A stretch of DNA of 26,571 bases from an uncultured Candidatus Saccharibacteria bacterium (GTDB lineage Bacteria > Patescibacteriota > Minisyncoccia > Minisyncoccales > CAZUDS01), in contig CAZUDS010000001.1 of the NCBI GenBank assembly GCA_964619425.1, positions 1 to 26,571 on the forward strand. Direction: 5' to 3'. The notes under the pieces were generated by a model that had not been told where the DNA came from, did not search any database, and saw nothing but the letters and a program-made list of their open reading frames with translations. A program made the position numbers and the translations under genes. This document shows, one piece after another, positions 7,813 through 15,840 of this stretch (positions are counted from its first letter, which is position 1; every line of letters begins with the position of its first letter).

Positions 7813-9477
7813 CTAATATTGATTACTTGGTCTCGGCATTCTATCATTGACTGTCCAAGAAGGACCGCAGAAACATACTTCTGTTTCTTCATCACATTGG
7901 GGAGTATCGCCGCCGATCACCATAGGACAAATTAAACCAATGCAATCTCTGTCTTTCTGGCAAGCCCTGCCTCTTTCTCTCGCCGGCATCTCTGCTTCGG
8001 GCATCTCCTCTTCAACTTTCTCTCGAGCTTCTTCAATTTCTTTTAGTCGCTCTTGATATTGCTTGCGGGCTTCTTCAAGCTCTTTTTCTATTTCCTCCCT
8101 TGCCTCTATTGGCGCCTGTTCAAGTTTCCTCTGGACTTCTCTTAAGGCCTCTTCAGCACGTCCGGCCTCCTCTAATTTCTCTTCTAATTCTTCTAATCTC
8201 TCTATTGCTTCCTCTTTTTCTTTTTCCAAATTTTTAATCGCTTCTTCTATGTCGTCAAGAATCTCTTCGGCCTGCTCGGCAAATCGTCGCGCTTCCTGGT
8301 AGTTGCCGGCGGCAAGCGCTGATCTTGCTTGCATAAGAAGAGCGTCAAACTCGTCGAAAGTTCCTGCGGGAATTACGATGCCTTCTTCAGCGGCCTCATC
8401 AATAATTTCCTGTTTTGCTTCTTCGGCTTCTTGTATCGCTTTGCGCGCCGCCAAACTAACTTCCATCTGCTCCTCAATCTCATCGGATAAATCATCAAAC
8501 TCTTCTTCCGCTTTATCAAGTTTGTCTTCAAGAAAACTAGCTAATCGTTCGGACTCGGTTTCCAGGGTAATGTCAATATCGTAATCTATAGAGGTCATGC
8601 CCTGCTGAGGACTGTTGATAGAAACACTGATCGTTACCGAGGCCTCAGGAGTCAATTCAATGCCATCAATAGTTACTGGCGGATACACTTTTTCAAATGT
8701 AATATCCAAAGAATCGTCGTCAAGCGTTACGTCACCACTTTCCCAGGCCTGATCAATGCCTTGGGCAAGGATCCGGTTCCGTAAAGCCGCTAAATCAACA
8801 ATAGTGTCCGCTTCCGCCTCATGGGTGGAGCTGTAAGTATCGTCATCCACATCCACATTGTAAGAAACAACAGTAAACCCTTCCAGTGGTCTGCCAAGTT
8901 TGGCATCAATTTCATCGGCGAGACCTCTTAAGGCGTTCTCCATTGCCTGAATGAAATTCGGATCGTCCATTCTTTGCAATAACGCTTCTCTTTCCACCAC
9001 GGCAAGCGCCCTAATCTTATCCCCTGAGTTTTCTATCGCGTCATTAAGAAATCCTTCCCAGACAGACATCTTGTTGGCAAGGGTTGCCGCTAGGGGGGCA
9101 ATCTCTGCCCTTGCCTCAAGTTCACCTAAGATGATAGCCGCCCTATCCGTGTGCGCCCCAATTCTGACAAAGGCAATCTCAATAGCTCCGGGGCTTAGAA
9201 CCTCCCTGCCAAGCATCACCTTTATTTCTGAAACCCGTTCTCCAATCAATGAAACCTGGAGCCGGGCCTTGCCTTCGTCAGTAAAAGTGAAAAACATTTG
9301 AATCCCTTCACCCCATTGGTCAAGGAAATAAAAACGGCTTTCCGGGGTAAATCCGGCGCCCGGCAATTCTGGCAAAACCTCAGGAATCAAAGGCACCGGC
9401 TCTCTTGCCTCTTGAGCCAAGACCCCTCCTCCAAAACCAATTAAAACCAACAAAACTATTAATAATGAGATTTTCAT
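7813..9477 (-). CDS. Secreted DUF5667-domain protein with an acidic coiled coil and a Cys-rich C-terminal tip
   Basis: Signal peptide MKISLLIVLLVLIGFGGGVLA; GFTPESRFYFLDQWGEGIQMFFTF typical of DUF5667; E/K/A-rich heptads; CQKDRDC...C...C...CFC. Confidence 0.8.
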   Translation of the reverse strand: MKISLLIVLLVLIGFGGGVLAQEAREPVPLIPEVLPELPGAGFTPESRFYFLDQWGEGIQMFFTFTDEGKARLQVSLIGERVSEIKVMLGREVLSPGAIEIAFVRIGAHTDRAAIILGELEARAEIAPLAATLANKMSVWEGFLNDAIENSGDKIRALAVVEREALLQRMDDPNFIQAMENALRGLADEIDAKLGRPLEGFTVVSYNVDVDDDTYSSTHEAEADTIVDLAALRNRILAQGIDQAWESGDVTLDDDSLDITFEKVYPPVTIDGIELTPEASVTISVSINSPQQGMTSIDYDIDITLETESERLASFLEDKLDKAEEEFDDLSDEIEEQMEVSLAARKAIQEAEEAKQEIIDEAAEEGIVIPAGTFDEFDALLMQARSALAAGNYQEARRFAEQAEEILDDIEEAIKNLEKEKEEAIERLEELEEKLEEAGRAEEALREVQRKLEQAPIEAREEIEKELEEARKQYQERLKEIEEAREKVEEEMPEAEMPARERGRACQKDRDCIGLICPMVIGGDTPQCDEETEVCFCGPSWTVNDRMPRPSNQY

Positions 9478-9557
9478 AGCTTATTTGTAGGAATTAGACG
9501 CGTTGTTTACAGTTCTTTAGAAGGAAAATTCTAAGTTCTAAACGAATCCCAACAATA

Positions 9558-9708
9558 AAATCCCAAATCCCAAATTCCAAATCACAAATAAATTCCAATG
9601 ACCGAAATCCCAATGACCGAAACAGAATTGTTTATAAAGAAGGTTTTGGTCATTTGGTCATTGGAATTTGGATATTGTTTGTTATTTGGTGCTTGGTGCT
9701 TGGAATTT
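9558..9708. repeat. 'Empty' CCAAAT/ATTTGG heptamer inverted-arm element (same family as the four-helix-bundle flanks)
   Basis: Left arm aaatccc aaatccc aaattcc aaatcac...caatgaccgaaac (9558-9623), 19-bp spacer, right arm gttttggtcatttggtcattg...ggtgcttggaattt (9643-9708). Confidence 0.92.
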
Positions 9709-9892
9709 AAAGAAATAAAAAGTGTAAACAACGCTCGGAATTCTTACAACTTATTATATTATTGTTTTTATAAAACTATCTCGACCTTTGTTTGTGACGC
9801 TGATGCGCCTCTTATTATTTTATCACAAAAACAAAATTCTCTAAAGCCAAATCAACGGGGTTTACCCAAAAATTGGAGGGCTTGTCTTTTAA

Positions 9893-10084
9893 TTATTTCT
9901 GCTCTTCAATAAATTTCTCAAAAGAGCGGTCATAACTCTTTTCGGTCTCTAAGGAAAAACAACAGGCAGGCAACTCACTTTCTGCCAAATGGTGTTTTAA
10001 GCATTCACAACAAATTCCTTTTCGCGGGCAGCCAGGATAAGTGCAGGGACAACTTATTAGATTTTTTTCCTTTTGGCACTCCAT
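9893..10084 (-). CDS. DUF6485-like Cys-rich small protein (probable Zn-binding)
   Basis: CPCTYPGCPRKGICCECLKHH...LPACCF...YDRSFEKF. Confidence 0.8.
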   Translation of the reverse strand: MECQKEKNLISCPCTYPGCPRKGICCECLKHHLAESELPACCFSLETEKSYDRSFEKFIEEQK

Positions 10085-10085
10085 A

Positions 10086-11399
10086 TTATTTGGACTCCAG
10101 AGATTTTAACTTAAACTTTCTTTGTAAGGCCTCTAAGAATTCAATCAACTCAGGATCAGAGATAAATTCCGCCACCTGCTCAGCAAAAACTCTGATAGGG
10201 AATCTTTTATCTTCTTGCCAATACTGACAGGCCTGCAAAAAAGTGGCTAAACAATTAACCTGGTCAACAAAGTTGCCTTCGGCTGATTCTTTCTCGTTAA
10301 ATTCTCTCCAGAGACATAGAATCTCTTGTTTTAAGTTCTGAGGCAATCTTCCCACCAGAACCCGAAGAGCTTTTGTCTCTTTTTTATAAGTACCCTGAAA
10401 TCTTTTTACTTTTTCTTGTTTTAATAATCTTGGCCGCGCTTGCCAAAATTTTTTCCAGCGCCAGCGGGAACCTAAAACATCATAACATACATTGGGGCTG
10501 AGGGGGTGGCCGCTAAAACGTCGAGTAAAAACATCGTGAGGAGTATAATCGCCAGCATAAACAGCGCAAATTTCATGAATTAAAGCCATTTTCAAGGCCT
10601 TTCTTAAATCAATTTTCTTCTTTTGGCCAAAAACCCAAACCATCAAGGCAACCGTAAAGCTATGGTCGGCTACGGTTTCCGGCTCTTTGATTCTTCTAAC
10701 AACCCAGCCCCGGCGAGGCAATCTCTTTAACTTCCCTACTTCAATAAGAAAATCTAAAATGGGGTCAGTCCTCTTTTTAGCATAAAACTTTTTTTCAATT
10801 TCTACTAAAAAATTGGATAAAGCGGGGTGATCAATTAAGTCCTCAACTTCTTCCCACCAAGCGGTTGCCAGCGAATCTGGTTTAGAACCAAAATACTCTA
10901 AGGCCTGGAGTAGGGTTTCTGCCTTATCTCCCTGCCTTGTAAACCTTCCTTCTGAAGGAGTGAGCCCTTCATAATCTAACCAGGCACCCTCTATTTCTTT
11001 CTGAAGAGAAAGGGGGAGAAATTTCACTAATTTTTCTAAGGCCTTTTTCTCTCGCTGAAATTTTTCTTCTGCCCTCTTCTCCTTTTTCTCTTTTGTCAAT
11101 CTTACCCATCTTTTCAAAACTTCTTTTCTCTTCAAAGGATCTTTAGGCAACAAACCCCAATAAGGCGTTATGTCTCCAATATAGGCCTCGCTGAGATCGT
11201 GAACCAAACTTGTCTTAATTATCCTTTCAATGTTAAATCGAGGACTTGATTTCTCAGACAGAAACCAATTCAGTAAAGCAACTCGAAAACTATGCTGGGC
11301 AATGGTCTCGGGATTTTTAACGCCTCGCTCAAGCCAGCCAGTCCTCTTTATCTTTTTTAATTTTTCTGCTTCCAAAAGAAAACTTAAAACTCCTGTCAT
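10086..11399 (-). CDS. Tandem HD-domain hydrolase (YfbR/HDDC2 5'-deoxynucleotidase-like, two domains)
   Basis: Two repeats: RTGW...ETIAQHSF...VHDLSEAYIGDITP and RRGW...ETVADHSF...IHEICAVYAGDYTP; ATG start at 11399 preferred. Confidence 0.88.
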   Translation of the reverse strand: MTGVLSFLLEAEKLKKIKRTGWLERGVKNPETIAQHSFRVALLNWFLSEKSSPRFNIERIIKTSLVHDLSEAYIGDITPYWGLLPKDPLKRKEVLKRWVRLTKEKKEKRAEEKFQREKKALEKLVKFLPLSLQKEIEGAWLDYEGLTPSEGRFTRQGDKAETLLQALEYFGSKPDSLATAWWEEVEDLIDHPALSNFLVEIEKKFYAKKRTDPILDFLIEVGKLKRLPRRGWVVRRIKEPETVADHSFTVALMVWVFGQKKKIDLRKALKMALIHEICAVYAGDYTPHDVFTRRFSGHPLSPNVCYDVLGSRWRWKKFWQARPRLLKQEKVKRFQGTYKKETKALRVLVGRLPQNLKQEILCLWREFNEKESAEGNFVDQVNCLATFLQACQYWQEDKRFPIRVFAEQVAEFISDPELIEFLEALQRKFKLKSLESK

Positions 11400-11468
11400 A
11401 AAAAAATAGCGAACCAGCAAAGATCTGGTTCGCAAAGCGCTTTATTACTTAAAGTCAATAATAAAGAG

Positions 11469-11501
11469 AAAATTGAGTGACTTCGGAAGTCACTCAATTT
11501 T
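11469..11501. repeat. Perfect 33-bp palindrome (REP-like; possible terminator role after greA)
   Basis: aaaattgagtgacttc-g-gaagtcactcaatttt, 16-bp arms. Confidence 0.85.
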
Positions 11502-11519
11502 ACAATGACTTTAATTGTT

Positions 11520-11990
11520 TTAAAGGTCATATTTAATCTGTTTGATTTTATATCCTACCTTAATGGGTGAAGAAATAAAAACTGTTTCCCCAACTTTTTT
11601 ACCTAAAAGGGCTTTACCAACTGGGGATTGATTACTAATTTTACCTACAGATGGATTTGCCTCCAAACTGCCAACAATTGTAAATTCATCGAGCCGGCCA
11701 TCCACCTCAGCCAAAACAGTGGCTCCAAGATAAACCTTGTCTTGCTCTTCTTTAGAAGGAGGCTGGATAAGCTCAATATTCCTTAAGATGTTTTCCAGCT
11801 CAGCCAATCTTGCTTCCAAAAAGCCAATGTCTTCTCGAAAAGAAAGGTAATCAGGGTTAACTTCTTCTGAATGCAAAAAGTCAGGCACCTCACCTCTTGC
11901 TTTCAATGCCTTTATTTCTTGCAGCCCCTGCTTCTCTTTTTTTACTCTTTCTAATCCTTCTTTAGTTAAATAGAATTTTTCCTTTTCCAT
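11520..11990 (-). CDS. greA: GreA/GreB family transcription elongation factor with an atypical acidic tip
   Basis: YLTKEGLERVKKE, FLEARLAELENIL, VYLGATV, IVGSLEANPSVGKISNQSPVGKALLG. Confidence 0.9.
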   Translation of the reverse strand: MEKEKFYLTKEGLERVKKEKQGLQEIKALKARGEVPDFLHSEEVNPDYLSFREDIGFLEARLAELENILRNIELIQPPSKEEQDKVYLGATVLAEVDGRLDEFTIVGSLEANPSVGKISNQSPVGKALLGKKVGETVFISSPIKVGYKIKQIKYDL

Positions 11991-12013
11991 AATAAGCTAA
12001 ACTAACTGCTTTT

Positions 12014-12043
12014 ATTTTATATCAATCCATCAACCCCTGTCAA
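12014..12043 (-). promoter_or_regulatory. Putative sigma70 promoter of greA
   Basis: TTGACA (12043-12038), 18-bp spacer, TAAAAT (12019-12014). Confidence 0.6.
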
Positions 12044-12140
12044 GCGAATGTCCTTAATGGATGTTTATGGCGCTTACTATGGTTTCGGGAAAGCCGCCGG
12101 AGCTTATTCGTGAAGACGAATCGGAGACGCATTGATCGTC

Positions 12141-12169
12141 TTGACAAAAACTACTTAATATAATAATTT
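12141..12169 (+). promoter_or_regulatory. Putative sigma70 promoter of the PBP1A gene
   Basis: TTGACA (12141-12146), 17-bp spacer, TAATTT (12164-12169). Confidence 0.5.
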
Positions 12170-12231
12170 TGAGTTAGTGTTGGGCTTAGGCCTAACACTC
12201 AAACATAGACGCTCACTTCGTTCGCGCCTAT

Positions 12232-12344
12232 ACGCGGATTTATGCTGATTTAGAATTATCCGCTGATTTACGCTGATAAGTAAGGGATTCCTTTTTAATC
12301 AGCGTCTATCAGCGTTAAAAAGTTAATCAGCGTTATATCAGCGT
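12232..12344. repeat. 'Empty' CGCTGAT/ATCAGCG decamer inverted-arm element (4+4 units, 17-bp spacer)
   Basis: acgcggattt atgctgattt..ccgctgattt acgctgataa / aatcagcgt ctatcagcgt..aatcagcgt tatatcagcgt. Confidence 0.9.
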
Positions 12345-12367
12345 ATCGGAATTTTCAAATTCCGATA
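12344..12367. repeat. Perfect hairpin just before the PBP1A start
   Basis: tatcggaattt-tc-aaattccgata, 11-bp arms. Confidence 0.75.
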
Positions 12368-12379
12368 TAAAAACATAAT

Positions 12380-14290
12380 ATGAGAAAAGAAAAAAAGAGG
12401 GGAAATAAAACTATAATAACCTTAAAACTTCTCGGTTTCTGCTTGCTGCTTTTGTTTTTCGGTTGTTTGTTCTTATTTGTCTATTACGCCAAGGACCTGC
12501 CAAGACCAGAAAGGTTTACGGAAAGAGAGTTTTTCCAGACAAGCAAAATTTATGATCGAACGGGCGAAATCCTTTTATACGAACTCTATGGCGAAGAAAG
12601 AAGAACAATAGTTGCCTTAGAAGAAATGCCTGATTTCCTCCAAAAAGCAGTGATAGTAGCCGAAGACGCCAATTTCTATGAACATTTTGGCCTTGACTGG
12701 AGAGGCATCTTACGTTCTGTTATCTTAAACTTAAGAGAAGGCGAGCTTTTGTTTGGCGGCTCAACAATTTCCCAACAACTAATTCGCTCCTCTTTTTTAA
12801 CCAGAGAAAGAACCTTCAGGAGAAAAATTAGGGAAGTGATTTTAACTTTAGAATTAGAAAGGCGTTATTCTAAAGAACAAATCTTGGAGTGGTATCTGAA
12901 CCAGGTTCCTTTTGGCTCAAATACTTATGGCGTAGAGGCAGCCAGCCAAACCTTTTTTGGAAAGCCGGTTTCAGAAATTTCCTTAGCAGAAGCAGCCCTC
13001 TTGGCTTCTTTAATTAGAGCTCCCAGCCGCCTCTCCCCTTATGGCGAACAAAAAGCAGAACTCTTGGCAAGAAAAGATCGTATCTTAGGAAGATTGGCTA
13101 AAAAGGAATATGTTACAGAAGAAGAGGCAGAAAAGGCAAAAAAGGAAGAATTGGTTTTTCAGAAAATTCTTAATCCTATTAGAGCTCCTCACTTCACTCT
13201 CCACGTCAAACAACTTTTAGAAAGAGAATACGGCCGAGAGTTTCTTCAAGAAAGGGGGTTAAAAATTTACACCACCTTGGACTGGGAACTTCAACAAGTG
13301 GCTGAAAAATTGGTTAAAGAAAAAGGAAAGCAAAACGAGCGATTAAGGGCTTTTAATGCTGCTTTAGTTGCTCTTGACCCCAGAAATGGAGAAACCCTGG
13401 CTATGGTTGGTTCAAGAGATTGGTTCGCAGGGTCTTATCCTAAAAATTGTCTTCCTGGAAGAAATTGCCTTTTTGACCCCAAAGTCAATGTTGCCGTTTC
13501 CCTGCCCGGCAGACAACCGGGCTCAGCCTTTAAGCCCTTTGTTTATGCTAAGGCCTTTGCAAGGGGCTATACTGATAAAACTATAGTTATGGATGAAAAA
13601 ACCAATTTTGGCATCTGGGGAGGAGAATCCTATATCCCCCGGAACTTTGACAATAGATTTCGCGGCCCGGTCACCTTAAGACAAGCCCTGGCTCAGTCCC
13701 TTAACGTGCCTTCAGTCAAGGTCTTAGCCCATTTGGCTGGGCTGGAAGAGAGCATAAAAATAGCCAAGGAAATGGGAATTACTACTCTAAATAAACCGGG
13801 CTCTTTTTATGGCTTGGCTTTGGTTTTGGGCGGAGGAGAGGTAAGATTAATAGATATGGTTTCGGCTTATGGCGTTTTTGCTAATAACGGCAAGAGGACA
13901 GAGCCCCAGGTTATCTTAAAAATTAGAGATGACAGGGGCAATATTATTAAAGAAAATCAGGCAACGACTAAAAGGGTCCTATCTTCAAATGTCGCTCGGT
14001 TGGTTTCCGATATCTTGTCTGATAACGCAGCTAGGTCTCCAATGTTTGGCATTAATTCGCCTCTTTACATTAAAGAATTTCCGGTCTCGGTAAAAACCGG
14101 AACCACTGGAAATTTCAGAGATGCTTGGGCAATTGGTTATACTTCCTCTTTAGCGGTCGGCGTTTGGATTGGCAACAGCGACAACTCTCCGACGCTTGGA
14201 GCGGGTGTTGGACTGGCCGCTCCTCTTTGGCGTGAATTTTTTATCAAGGCCTCTGCGAAACATCTTCCTGAAGCCCTTACAAAACCTTAA
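12380..14290 (+). CDS. Class A penicillin-binding protein (PBP1A family; GT51 transglycosylase + transpeptidase)
   Basis: EDANFYEHFGLD, GGSTISQQL, RKIRE, KEQILEWYLN; SxxK (SAFK), SxN (SLN), KTGT; N-terminal TM anchor. Confidence 0.95.
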   Translation: MRKEKKRGNKTIITLKLLGFCLLLLFFGCLFLFVYYAKDLPRPERFTEREFFQTSKIYDRTGEILLYELYGEERRTIVALEEMPDFLQKAVIVAEDANFYEHFGLDWRGILRSVILNLREGELLFGGSTISQQLIRSSFLTRERTFRRKIREVILTLELERRYSKEQILEWYLNQVPFGSNTYGVEAASQTFFGKPVSEISLAEAALLASLIRAPSRLSPYGEQKAELLARKDRILGRLAKKEYVTEEEAEKAKKEELVFQKILNPIRAPHFTLHVKQLLEREYGREFLQERGLKIYTTLDWELQQVAEKLVKEKGKQNERLRAFNAALVALDPRNGETLAMVGSRDWFAGSYPKNCLPGRNCLFDPKVNVAVSLPGRQPGSAFKPFVYAKAFARGYTDKTIVMDEKTNFGIWGGESYIPRNFDNRFRGPVTLRQALAQSLNVPSVKVLAHLAGLEESIKIAKEMGITTLNKPGSFYGLALVLGGGEVRLIDMVSAYGVFANNGKRTEPQVILKIRDDRGNIIKENQATTKRVLSSNVARLVSDILSDNAARSPMFGINSPLYIKEFPVSVKTGTTGNFRDAWAIGYTSSLAVGVWIGNSDNSPTLGAGVGLAAPLWREFFIKASAKHLPEALTKP

Positions 14291-14305
14291 AATTCGCAAC
14301 CCATA

Positions 14306-14366
14306 ATGTTCAGATCCCGGCTTCGAACATTGGTTTTAGCAGTGTTCAGATCCCGGCTTCGAACAT
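14306..14366. repeat. Pair of ATGTTCAGATCCCGGCTTCGAACAT REP-like repeats
   Basis: Copies at 14306-14330 and 14342-14366 (24 of 25 bp identical), between convergent genes. Confidence 0.92.
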
Positions 14367-14656
14367 TCAAGGTAAATAATTTTCTTTAGGGCAGATGTTT
14401 TCAGGGATTTATTTATCCTTTTTTTGGTTTCCTCTTCTTTAAGACGAAGTTTCTGGGACAAAATCGGACTGCTAACCTTTACCTCAAGAATGCCTGCCCT
14501 AAAATGTAGTGGCTGGGCGTTTTTTATATTCTCTCGTCTCAGGATATCCTTTACTTCTTGCTTCCAGGACTGACAAATCCTCAATCCCAAAATTTCCTGC
14601 CAGAAGCCATATTGTCTTACTCTTTTTTCTAAAATTGTCTTAAAAGGGAAAAACAA
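14336..14656 (-). CDS. DUF721 / DciA-like helicase-loader protein
   Basis: W...NAQPLHFRAGILEVKVSSPILSQKLRL...INKSL pattern; directly downstream of dnaN; start (TTG) uncertain; last residues CSKPGSEHC are encoded by the REP. Confidence 0.75.
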   Translation of the reverse strand: MFFPFKTILEKRVRQYGFWQEILGLRICQSWKQEVKDILRRENIKNAQPLHFRAGILEVKVSSPILSQKLRLKEEETKKRINKSLKTSALKKIIYLECSKPGSEHC

Positions 14657-14659
14657 GTT

Positions 14660-14692
14660 TGGAGAGTAGAGGATAGAAAGTAGGCCGCCTAC
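14660..14692. repeat. Short TAGAGRR heptamer run plus hairpin
   Basis: tggagag tagagga tagaaag, then gtaggc-c-gcctac; same unit family as the tsaE insertion. Confidence 0.55.
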
Positions 14693-14709
14693 CGCTTATC
14701 ATCACACCT

Positions 14710-15840
14710 TTAGCTTGGCTTAATGGGCATTACAATATAGAAATAATTTTCATCGCCGAATGGTTTTAGGAGCGCCGGGCCTTCTTCTCCGTTAAGTTGA
14801 AAAACAACCTCTGAGGTCTTTATTTTTGAAAGACCGTCTGCTAAGAAACGGTAATTAAAGGACGCTTTTACCGACTCACCTTTAATTTTTCCTGAAAGAG
14901 TTGACTGGTTTTCACCTAACTCAGAACTTTGACTAAAGACCTCAATTAGTCCTTTTTTGGGTATAACTGTTAACTGGGTTTCATTCGCCTTTCCGGAGAA
15001 CAAGCTGGCTGTTTTTATATGGTCAAGAAATTCTCTTTTACTTAAAGTAATCTCTGTTTTGAATTGTTGGGGAATTATTTCTCGGTAATTAGGGTAAGAA
15101 CCCTCAATTAAACGGGAAGTGATTTGAAGTTGGGGATGAGCGGTTTCTTCAGGCATCTCTGTTTCAAACATAATTTGGTTGGGAGAGAAATATATTCTTA
15201 ACTTCCCCTGTTTTTCATCAAGAATATTAATTAATTCTCTGGCTGTTTTAGAGGGTAAAATGATGGCTTGTTCTTTTTCCATTTTTATTTCCTGCGGGAA
15301 AATTATTTTCCTTTCCGCTAATCTAAAAGAGTCAGAGGCCGCCATCAAAATTCTTTTTTCATCAAAAGAAAGATAGATTCCTGATAATTCAGGCCTAATT
15401 TGGGTAATGGCGGCAACATCAGCCACTTGAGATAAACCCTGAATAAAGGTGGAATTATCTACTTCAATAAAGTCCTCTTTGAGTTCCGGAATAATTGGAT
15501 AATCCTCTGGACTTTGGCTTAAAATTTTGCTCTGAAAACTCTTCCCTTGAATTAATAAAACGTTTGCCCTGCTTTCCAACATAATTTTTTCATCAAAAAG
15601 CGAGTCAATTAAACCAGACAAGGTTCGGCCGGGAACAGCAATTTGGCCTTGTTTTTCAATTTTAGCTAAAACCCAATAATGAATGCCTATTTCCAAATCA
15701 GTGGAACTGATTTTAAGAAAGTTTTTTTCGGTTTGCAATAAGATATTATTCAAAATAGGTAAACTAATAGATTTTTGAGTCAATCGGGAAGTAATATTTA
15801 TTCCTTGTTTTAGGTTGTTTTTTAAAATAAGTAATTTCAT
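14710..15840 (-). CDS. dnaN: DNA polymerase III beta sliding clamp
   Basis: LPILNNILL, STDLEIGI, RPELSGIY, ASDSFRLA, RLIEGSYPNY, FNYRFL, IVMPIK. Confidence 0.97.
   Translation of the reverse strand: MKLLILKNNLKQGINITSRLTQKSISLPILNNILLQTEKNFLKISSTDLEIGIHYWVLAKIEKQGQIAVPGRTLSGLIDSLFDEKIMLESRANVLLIQGKSFQSKILSQSPEDYPIIPELKEDFIEVDNSTFIQGLSQVADVAAITQIRPELSGIYLSFDEKRILMAASDSFRLAERKIIFPQEIKMEKEQAIILPSKTARELINILDEKQGKLRIYFSPNQIMFETEMPEETAHPQLQITSRLIEGSYPNYREIIPQQFKTEITLSKREFLDHIKTASLFSGKANETQLTVIPKKGLIEVFSQSSELGENQSTLSGKIKGESVKASFNYRFLADGLSKIKTSEVVFQLNGEEGPALLKPFGDENYFYIVMPIKPS

Noticed and set aside
7689-7895. 68-aa minus-strand ORF
   Set aside because: Overlaps the DUF5667 3' end and a palindromic element; no recognisable motif
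9598-9912. 104-aa plus-strand ORF MTEIPMTETE...
   Set aside because: Reads through the repeat arms of the empty element; no family features; treated as a repeat artefact
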